A program made the position numbers and the translations under genes. Shown here piece after piece: positions 53,491 to 64,000 of a stretch of 64,000 bases of DNA. Source of the DNA: Octopus bimaculoides (taxonomy: Eukaryota); NCBI RefSeq assembly GCF_001194135.2, contig NC_068994.1:40451188-40515187 (forward strand), read 5' to 3'. The number at the start of each line of letters is the position of its first letter. Position 1 is the stretch's first letter. The notes under the pieces are model-generated. The model was not told the DNA's origin and ran no database searches. It saw only the letters and a list, made by a program, of their open reading frames with translations.

Positions 53491-54779
53491 AACCATGAAA
53501 GATAAAAGGGAAAAAGTCTTCCATTATAATTCCATTTATATTATTGATGTCATTATAACAATATAAATGATAAATGTTCTCTGGTATTTGAGTGGTGTTT
53601 TATTTTATCAACCCAGAGAATAAGGATAAATATGAATCAGCAGGATTTGAACTCAGGGTGCAAAAGGCCATAAGTAATGCTTCCAGCATACTGTTCAGTG
53701 TACTAGATCACTAAATTTACCAACACTTACAAAATGATTTTAATTTTTACTTTGCTACCAATGTGAACCCTTCTCACTACAATTTTCAGACTCACATGGC
53801 ACCTTTTTAATGAAGTGAAGGTGTTATTTGAGGAATATTTAATGTTGAAGTGTCAGTCACATTGACTTTCTGTGGTTACAGCCTTGAAGTGTCAGTCACA
53901 TACTAATTTTAAAAGAGAAAAGATAAATACTGCTGATCTATATCAGCAAAACTTGTATTCATTGGTATGGTGTAGAGTTTTTCTTTTTGTTTTTGTTCTT
54001 ACTTTACATCAAAAGCCAGAATAGTGAAATGTCTTAATTTCAGAGAACAAGAGAAATTAATTGCATCTTATTCGTTTTCTTTCGATTGATCAGTCTGAAG
54101 AAAGGGGCTGTACAGGTGGTTTTTGCAAACCTTCTGGGTTTCATTTAACCTGTTATACATTGGTATTTGTTGGAGAGACATGAACAGAGAGGAGATTCAA
54201 GAGGAATGACATCCTGGGAAGGACTAGGGTATTGGATACAAAATGGGTGATGAGTTAGGAATGCCTGAATGGATATAACTAGCAACCAGTTAGATTTGCG
54301 AAACAGGGGGCCATTTTCCTAGCAGTAGAAAAAGCAGCATGCCTGTGAGCCAGAGGCTGGAAAATACATGAGTGGTTTTTATACTAATCTGTTAAGTGAC
54401 TTTTCTGTGGGTACAGCCTTGGATGGGCAGCCTCAGCTCCCTGAAGAAAGATTTTGTTCAAAATGTTGGAAACTCATCTCCTAACAGCAAAGAAAGTTAG
54501 AAAACTTTACAGTTAACTAGTAAAATTTTAAGGCTGATTCAAACCCTTGTGCTAATGAGAGAAATCATTATATTTACTTTTTTCTATTATACCCATCTTT
54601 CTCTTTCTATAGACAATTCTTCACTCCCACACCTTTACACTTCCTCTCTTTCTCCATACTAACCACTCCTTTTCTCTCTCCTCTTTCCTCACACCTCTAT
54701 TCCAATGTTTCTCCTAACCTCTTCAGCTCTTACTATCTTCTATTTTTATCCTTTTCACTCTCTTAAACTCTCTCTCTCT

Positions 54780-54925
54780 CTTTATCATAAACTCTCTTTC
54801 TCTCTCTCTTTCTCATAAACTCTCTCTCTCTTTCTCATAAACTCTCTCTCTCTCTCTCTCTTTCTCATAAACTCTCTCTCTCTCATAAACTCTCTCTCTC
54901 TTTCTCATAGACTCTCTCTCTCTCA
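54780..54925 (+). repeat. Compound minisatellite of CATAAA plus variable (CT)n units
   Basis: About six CATA(A/G)AC anchors separated by (CT)n runs of different length. Confidence 0.85.
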
Positions 54926-56050
54926 AACCCCCACCTCCTCTAATTTCCCACTCTTTCTCCCCTCCCTCCATCAACGTTTTATTTTTATCCTTCTCTCTCA
55001 TTCCTCCTACCTTTCCCCACTTCTCTCATCTCTCATACAATTTCCGTTGCTTTAAATTTTTACAACTGCAGTATTTACAAAACACAAGCATCTTTTATTC
55101 TAATTATTTCATGCACGACCACAGTATTTGTGGAATGAAATGATTACTTCTGAAAGCTAGACAATGAATATTCATATAAAGGCCATAGTTAGCGTGGAGG
55201 CTCCACACCATCACTGATGACAAAAATATTAACATAGAAAAACAAAAAAAATTTCAAAAATACCATATATTTTTTTTTTTAATTTTGTTACATTTCGGCT
55301 CTTTCTCCTATATTCTTAAAGAGCACACTCCAAAATTTGCATTAAAATGGCATATTTTATTTCTGCGCCATCCTTACACTGAACCTAGAGAGAAAACAAA
55401 TCTCTTAAAGCATTGTTAATTTTATACAATTGCCTGAATTTGCTTCACAGTAGTGGAGAGTTTGGGGTATTTTTTTAAAAGTTTGCTGGTTGTTTTTCCG
55501 ATTTTCTAAAAATGTTGAATTTATAAACCGAATCTTTGCTACAAAACTACAGTTCTATTATTGTGAAAACGGTTACTCTTTGTCAGGATCCTGGTGTGAA
55601 AACTAAAGTTTTCTGTTTTCTTTTATTTCTCCAATGACCTACTTTACCTTAAATAATGACAAGCAGAAAAAGCGTTTCCAATAGTGCTAAAAAATGTTTC
55701 TTTATATTTGTTTTTTTTTTCTTTTCATGTCATCATTTTGACCCTAAGTTCTAATTCTGCTGAAGTCAACTCTACAGTTTCATCATTCTGGGGTTCCTAA
55801 AATATAGTACTGTTCAAGTACTGAGATGTATATGATGTATTTTCGACTACATGCCACACTTCAAGGTTGAGCGGTTAAGAAGATCACTTTGCAAGTACGT
55901 GTCTTCAGGTTCAATCCCACTGTGTAGCACTTGGGCTACACAGTCTTCTATACAGCACTGAGCTGACAAATGCCTTGTGTGTGTGTGTGTGTGTGTGTGT
56001 GTGNNNNNNNNNNTGTGTGTGTGTGTGTGCATGTATGTGTATGTGTGTAG

Positions 56051-56373
56051 GAGCACTCTGTTGGTTACGACGACGAGGGTCCCAGCTGATAAATCAATGG
56101 AACAGCCTGCTCGTGGAATTAACGTGCAAGTGGCTGAGCACTCCACAGACATGTGTACTCTTCTCGTAGCTCTCAGGGAGATTCAGTGTGACACAGAGTG
56201 TGACAAGGCTGGCCCTTTAAAATACAGGTACTACTCTTTTTTGCCAGCTGAGTGGACTGGAGCAACGTGAAATAAAGTGTCTTGTTCAAGGACACAACGT
56301 GTCTCTGGGAATTGAACTCACAACTTTACGATCATGAGCCGAATGCCCTAACCACTAAGCCACGTGCCTCCAC
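56051..56373 (-). mobile_element. Full-length SINE family D
   Basis: The minus strand reads GTGGAGGCACGTGGCTTAGTGG (A box), GAGTTCAATTC (B box), TCCTTGAACAAGACACTT (CORE-like), with the body shared with 9820. Confidence 0.85.
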
Positions 56374-59300
56374 TAGTGTATGTGTGTAAATATATATCTA
56401 TATATACACATGCATATATTGACTAGTTGTTATACATCACTGGTCACAATGTGCTTTGCATTGTTTTAGCATGTGGATGATGCCACCTCACCAGGTACGT
56501 GAGCAAGCCGACATTCCCTTTGATCAGACCAACACAGGGTTACCCTGTTACAGCTGAGTGAACTGGAGCAACATGAAATGAAGTGTTTTTCCTCAAGAAC
56601 ACAATGCACCACCTGGTCCAGGATTCAAACCCATGTTCTAACATTCACGAGTGCAATACCTTAACTACTAGGTTACACACCTTCACACTTATGCACACAC
56701 ACACAGACAAATACACGTACACACACACACACATATGCATGCACACATACGCACACATGTGCATGTCTTTGTACTTGTGTTTGTCTCACACTCACCACTT
56801 GACAACCGGTCTTGGTTTGTTTATCTCCCTGTAAATTCAGGGATTGACAAAGGAGCCTAATAGAATGAGTACCAGACTTTAAAAAAAAAGTACTGGGGTC
56901 CACCTCTTCAACTTTCTTTTAATGAATAAATTAAGAAAAATTACTCCAAGAAGCTGTATGCACAGAAAGAAATGGTTAAATTGGTTTTTACATATTTAAT
57001 GTTAGGAGCATTGAAGAAAAGCAATAAGAAATAATTATGTGGTGAGACAACTTCAGTATTAATCAATGACTACTATAATTTCATTTATTGTTGGAAGTAT
57101 GGGAGACAATCACATACCTGATTCAGCTTTACTAGACATCCTCAGCAAAGCATAGGCTACACTCCAGCTGCTGGAGTTATCTCTCATGCTTGACAGAACA
57201 ATTGAGATATTAGTCATTGATTTAATATTGTCTTTGCCTCATAGCATTGTTATTTCTAATTAGCTTTGTAATATTCACCACATTAAGTATGTTGACATTA
57301 AATTAACTATTGCTACTTTCAATATTTATATGTTTTATGAGACAGTGCAAACGTTTTTGTACATCGATACCTTTCCAAGCTCCTGTCAGATCATTATAAG
57401 TCACATTAGCAAGCTACAAACTAGCTAAGAAGCCAGAAGCATATATAGTAAGTGCCATGCCCAATGAATCAATAACAAATTAAACTGCTTAGTTACTATG
57501 TAGATTAACTTCGCAGCTAAAGTAGCTAGTATCATAAATCTGCATTATATGAATATTGATTCATATGAATCATGCACTTAAGAACAAAAAATGTAATCTC
57601 TACATCATGTGACAACTCTTACCCTCTCTTCCCATTTATGGATACCTCTGATAAATATAAAATCTTGCTTTTGATATTATCTTAAAGAAATCAGTAGTTT
57701 ATCTCACCCAATGTTTGGCAGACTTGGGTGAGGCAAATATTGATCTGTTTTGGTTAAAACAAGGCAAATATTTTTAGAAGCTCATTATATAATTAGTAGT
57801 TATTTTAAGAAACTTAAGGATGGAGATCAAGAACAGTCATCATGTTTAACATAATCACTTGGGCTAGTATCTTTGACTGAGATCACTACTCTGTTACAAG
57901 CATTCAAGCCCAGATCCCTAGCCTAAGGATAATTTATTCCTTTCCCCCCGGTCATGGAGCTCTTGAAAACCAGGGGGTCATGAACACTGCTCTTTCTTCA
58001 TGACTAAGCCATTAAGAAGGAAAAATGGAATTTGTTACCAGCAAGATTTGAACTCAAAACTGACAACAGCAAAACAAAATATTCTGAAAAAAATAAAAAG
58101 AGAGTAATTTTGTTTGGTGCTCTGTTGTTTTCACTATGTCCATCATACTGTGATAAATAAAATATTAATTAATTGCTTAATTTATATGCATATTCATTTA
58201 TTCTTCCTAGTTCAATAGATATTCTATTTTATATTTTTGATAATCTTTATTGTTTTAATCTCTATGTAGTACAGCAAATTGTGGGTGGCTTTGCTATTTT
58301 TTCCTATCCTTTTTTTTTGTAAGCTTACTAATTAAAACATCATTCATTTTATGATCAATATTTTAATAACAAAAAACAACACAAAAACAATAATAAAATA
58401 TTACATTAAGTACAATATAAACACAAACAAGAACAAAATGCTGACTCATTTGGTGATGTTGACATTGTTGTTGCTGTTGTTGTTGTTGCCAGTGCTACTC
58501 AACAGAAACATTAACAATGACCTCTTTATTTGCCACAAGGACATAACAAATGAAAAACAAATATGAACACAAAGAACTATGGATGAGATGATTAGAAATA
58601 CATATCAATATATAAAACAACAAACTAAGGTTGTGTATATATGTGAGTGAGTGTGAGTGTGTACATAAAAAGATACATACATGCATACATATACACACAC
58701 ATGCACATATTTATATATACATATATATTTGTATACACACATACACAGACACACACACAAAAATACATACACTTACATACATGCTCATGTGCATGTGTGT
58801 GTGTTGTTAGTGTGTCCCAAGATAGCATGCTTTATGATATGTCTTTCAGCTTGAGGTTCTTTGTGTTCAAATCCCATCAAGACCATCTCTGGTTTTCAGT
58901 CTTTTAATTTCAATGAATAAAGAGTTAGTTAAGTATAGGGGCTAATTCTTCATTCTCATCTCCCCTCTCTCTCCCCATCTCCCCCTCTCTTATCTCTTTC
59001 ATTCTCTCTGTTTCTTACCACCCCTCTGTATTGGCAACATAACATTGTGCAAAGGGTTGTGTTAAACTAGGCACAAACTCCTTTTCTCCACAGCTAGAGA
59101 AAAAAATGAATGAGGCACTAGTAAACTCTTTTCATAGAAAAACTTATATATGCTACAGGAGCTATCCAAAGATGGATCAGTGCTTCTTGTAGATGGTACT
59201 TAAGCATGGACTAACCATCTTGTAGATGGTACTTAAGCATGGTACTTAAGCATAGATTATCAATGGAAATAACTCATAATGAAGAGAAAAATCATTATCC

Positions 59301-59532
59301 TTAATCAAAATTCTTGTCATGAAAATAAGAGAGACAACTGAGAAATATAAACTGATTAAGAATTGAATGAAGGCATGAAGTTGGTAGTTAGTCTTATTTC
59401 TGATCTTTGGTGAGAATGATGATAACTCCAGGTATGTTTCAGTCTTACTAAACCTCTTTGAAATCATACTATCATGTGCGTGTGTGTGTGTGTGCGTGTG
59501 TGTGTGTGTGCGTGTGCATGCATATGTATACA

Positions 59533-59745
59533 CATCATCATCATCATGATCATCATGATCATCATTTAATGTTTGCTTTCCATGTTGGCATGCATTACAC
59601 AGTTTGATTGGAACTGGTAAGCTGGAGAGCTGCACTAGGTTCCACTCTGATTGGGTATGGCTTCTACAGCTGGATGCCCTTCCTAATGCCAACCACTCCA
59701 AGAGTGTAATGGATGCCTTTTACATGCCACCAGCACTGGTGCCAT
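59533..59745 (-). mobile_element. RTE LINE 3' UTR fragment
   Basis: (CAT)n plus tttaatgtttgctttccatgttggcatg...ggatgcccttcctaatgccaacc. Confidence 0.7.
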
Positions 59746-59826
59746 TTCCATGACACTGGTAATAGCCATGACTATGGTTATATACACATATACATATATC
59801 TATAACTATAAAAGAGAGTTTGTATG

Positions 59827-59893
<67 letters not shown>

Positions 59894-61544
59894 ATGCGTG
59901 TATGTTCTTTATGCATTCCAAAAGCAAGTTGCCGATTTTCACATAAGGGGTATCAAAAGATTCAGTAAGCTTTTGGCTACCAACTAAACTATATTTTTAT
60001 TCACATATTTGCATTACAAAAATTTAACATTATCATTTTTCGTTTTGTCACCTATCGACATTTTATATCACCACCCTAATGACGATGATGTCACATTTTC
60101 TATATGCATGATTTGGTAGACGGAAACTGAAAGAAGCCTGCCATATATATATGTATATATCTATCTATGTGTGCGTATGTGTCTTTGTGTCTGTGTTTGT
60201 CCCACCACCACCGTTTTACAATCAGTGCTGGTGTGTTTTACATCCCTGTAACTTAGTGGTTTGGCAAAAGAGACTGATAGAATAAGTATCAGGCCTTAAA
60301 AAAATAAGTACTGGCATCAATACAGTTGACTAAAATTCTTCACCGTGGTGGTGCCTCAGTATGGCCANNNNNNNNNNTTAAAATTCTTCACCGTGGTGGT
60401 GCCTCAGTATGGCCACAGTCTAATTACTGAAACAAGTAAAAGAAAAGAAAAAGATAAAGATATATCAACACACACACATACACATATACATAAATACATA
60501 CATATGCATATAAATATATATCTATAATATGTATATATGTATATACATATATACCAACATGTTTATGGATATATATGCACACAAACACACATATATACTG
60601 GGTCAAACCATGGCTATGGTAAAAGAAAAGAAAAAAAACACACAAGGTGACTTTCAGTGGGATTGAAACCAGAACCGTATGGTTGCATAGTGAAATTGTT
60701 TACCGCACTACTATACACACATCAATCCCATCACTGCACCTACACCCATCACACTGCCATAGCTACATCTACTGCACAGCCACTGCCTTTACCCACCACA
60801 AAGTCATGCCTACATCTACCACAGTTATTACTGCATCCATCACATGATCAACTGTGATCATCCATCACATGATCACTTACAACTGTGCTGTGTCTGTACC
60901 TCCCACACTTTCATACCTCCACCCACCACTCTGCTATGCCTGCACCTATCACACAGTCATGCTTGGACCCACAATACAGCCATACATCTGCCTTTTTATG
61001 AGCAAAATGTTTATCATGGTTAGTTAAAGATGCTTTGATTCCTTTAATAGCAATTAAGAATAAAGATTTACATGAATTAGCAATAATTACATGGCTTTCG
61101 AAGTTGGAAAATGTGATTTCTGAAAAGTTAAAACCTAAGAATTAAGCATACTTCTAATGGAAATGGTAGGCTTTTCAAAGCAGCAGGAAAAGGAGTTTTA
61201 AATAAGTTTTGTGTACTCTGTCACTTCAAGTTTGAGACCTTTAGCATATGCCTATCTCTTTTTTCTTGTCTTTCTTTCTTTTTTTTATGACTGGAAAAAG
61301 TGGCATAATAAATTGGAATGTTTCCAGAGATTTAGACAGAAAAGAAATTGTTTCATTCATGTTCTGTGATAAAATAACCAAAGTTTTGAAACTGTTTCCC
61401 AAAAGATATAATTTGGAATAAGATTTTTATTTGCCTGGCATGGAAGAATACAAAGAAAAATTGAATGCATGGATTTTCATAAGACCTTAAATGTTTGCCA
61501 AATTACCTATAAGCACAAGAATGACTGCATCTTTAAGAAGTTTG

Positions 61545-61915
61545 CTTACATCCACATGGTTTGGGGTTCAGTCCTACAGCTTGGCACCTTGGTCAAGTGT
61601 CTTCTACTATAGCTCTGAATCGACCAATGCCTTGTGAGTAGATTTGGTAGACAGAAATTGTGTGGAAACCTGTTGTTTGTATATGTGTGTGTTGTGTGTG
61701 TGTGTATGTTTGTGCTTGATCCCACTCATAGCTTGAAAACTGGTGTTGGATTGTTTACATCCCTGTTACTTAGCACTTCTGCAAAAGGACTGATAGAATA
61801 AATACTAGACTTAAGATAAGAACTGGGGTTGATTTGTTTGACTAAACCCTTAAAGTGTACCCCAGTGTGGTTGAAGGGTTATGAGTGAAACAAATAAAAG
61901 GTAAAAGGTGAAAGA
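61545..61915 (+). mobile_element. Older SINE family A copy
   Basis: Diverged head, GGCACCTTGGTCAAGTGTCTTC, (TG)n and tail. Confidence 0.7.
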
Positions 61916-62899
61916 TAGATATTTTCTAGAAACATAATTAATTCTATAGTTTTTGCAAATTTATTGGAAATAACATTTAAAAAAAACATCTATTTTGTGC
62001 TGTATCATAGCTTTATAAATGGGTTTTCTGTAGTAAAAATACTTCGGTCATACTGGTATACTATGACTGTGGATATTTTCCGCAATCATTTAATTAGTTT
62101 TTCACAAACATTATTGCTATTGTGTTATTCAGACAAAAATCTTTCTATTGCAACTTCTCCCAAAGGACTAAGCGATATATAATATGGACTTCACTTATTA
62201 TACAGATTGCCCACTATATGACCATCTAAAAACTATTGCTACAAATGTAATTCAGTAATCCTCTGTATTCAGATTGAAACTATCAGGAAGTTAGGATTAT
62301 TCTGTAGGTAAAGATTGACATTATAGAATTCTCCTACTGACAGGTTTCTTTGGTAATTCTTGATATTGACAGACGGCCACTTGTAACGTAGTTCTCATCA
62401 AAAATAGAAAAATTATGACATTTTCTAAAATGTCTTGTACAGCATTTCGAAGATCAAATATTTCTTGCTATAAGCTTTCATCACTGAAACACACATGACA
62501 TACATTAATTTTGGACAAAGTCAACTTGTCTGCTAAATTCAAATGTCTCCTCTGAGATTTACGATGTAGAATTAAGATTACTGGCATAGTGTGTCAGTTT
62601 TCGAGAAGTGTATAGCTTGCTTGTTTGCTTTAGTGATTTTTTTTGTTTGTTTGAATGTTTATTTTGGCAACGTTGATGCACCTCTCAATAACTGAAAGAC
62701 ACACACACATATATGCACACACACACACACACATTCGTACATATACTTATATATGCATATACATGTACATAAGCACATACACGCACACACATATATTCGT
62801 AGAATTATATATATTTGTATATCTATGTAAATATATGTGTATATAAATATAGATATATACACATATGTATGTATATATATGTGTGCATGTATATATATA

Positions 62900-63440
62900 N
62901 NNNNNNNNNNNNNNNNNNNNNNNNNNNNNNNNNNNNNNNNNNNNNNNNNNNNNNNNNNNNNNNNNNNNNNNNNNNNNNNNNNNNNNNNNNNNNNNNNNNN
63001 NNNNNNNNNNNNNNNNNNNNNNNNNNNNNNNNNNNNNNNNNNNNNNNNNNNNNNNNNNNNNNNNNNNNNNNNNNNNNNNNNNNNNNNNNNNNNNNNNNNN
63101 NNNNNNNNNNNNNNNNNNNNNNNNNNNNNNNNNNNNNNNNNNNNNNNNNNNNNNNNNNNNNNNNNNNNNNNNNNNNNNNNNNNNNNNNNNNNNNNNNNNN
63201 NNNNNNNNNNNNNNNNNNNNNNNNNNNNNNNNNNNNNNNNNNNNNNNNNNNNNNNNNNNNNNNNNNNNNNNNNNNNNNNNNNNNNNNNNNNNNNNNNNNN
63301 NNNNNNNNNNNNNNNNNNNNNNNNNNNNNNNNNNNNNNNNNNNNNNNNNNNNNNNNNNNNNNNNNNNNNNNNNNNNNNNNNNNNNNNNNNNNNNNNNNNN
63401 NNNNNNNNNNNNNNNNNNNNNNNNNNNNNNNNNNNNNNNN
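62900..63440. other. Assembly gap (N run) within a TA/TG microsatellite field
   Basis: N run flanked by SSRs. Confidence 0.99.
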
Positions 63441-64000
63441 TATATATATATGTATATATGTATATATACATATGTACATACATATGAACATACATGTATA
63501 TATATATACATACATACATACATACACACACATTCACACACATACATACATACATACATACATACATACACTGAGCAAAGTAAAGTAAAGAATATCAAGA
63601 TGCTGACTATTAATTCAAGAAATAGGTGCCATTCTATAAAGTAATCTCATGAAAGAATGAAATTGAATTTAAGTATTAGTTTCAAAGATTTATCAACTAA
63701 ACATAACATCAGCTTTATTTCTTTTCATCCATTATAACGTCATACTTTAGATGTTGTACAAATCTCTTGTTTTAAACTCTTAATGTGTTTCAAACTTTTG
63801 TCATCCCCAAATGAAATTTGCTTTCAAACATTTCTTTAGGCTTCAGAAATTTTTTTTCTTTCTGGCTTCTATAGTTATGTTTTATGTTTAACCAAATATG
63901 GCTAAACCCGTGCTTGCATCATACCACAAACTAAATTGCAAAGTGAAACAATTTTGAATATATATATATATACATACATACATACATATATATATATATA

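Noticed and set aside
59188-59252. Short tandem duplication of CTTGTAGATGGTACTTAAGCATGG (a similar 17-mer duplication is at 53846/53885)
   Set aside because: These have only two or three units and no spacers or flanking genes. They are ordinary slippage duplications, not a CRISPR-like array.
60331-60415. 37-bp direct repeat inside a SINE
   Set aside because: The two copies straddle a 10-N join, so this is most likely a contig-overlap artefact.

Overview
AT-rich eukaryotic DNA that is very dense in microsatellites, with nine N-gaps, almost all abutting (TA)n or (CA)n tracts. The repeat landscape points to a coleoid cephalopod, most likely an octopus (inference). It includes tRNA-headed SINEs with CORE-like and Meta-like bodies, RTE LINE 3' ends with (GAT)n tails, Tc1/mariner relics, and piggyBac-, hAT- and mariner-type MITEs. 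I found no intact host protein-coding gene that I can recognise. Most ORFs in the track are microsatellite read-throughs; the rest are decayed transposon pieces: maT/DD37D and DD34D mariner transposases, a Gypsy integrase, and RTE C-termini. The window looks intronic or intergenic. A few splice-signal-bounded open segments are listed only as low-confidence candidate exons. The most notable structured elements are a minimal type I hammerhead ribozyme inside a Penelope-type inverted-repeat unit (28907-29130) and a ~315-bp foldback element with long arms, nested hairpins and alternative pairings (43692-44009).
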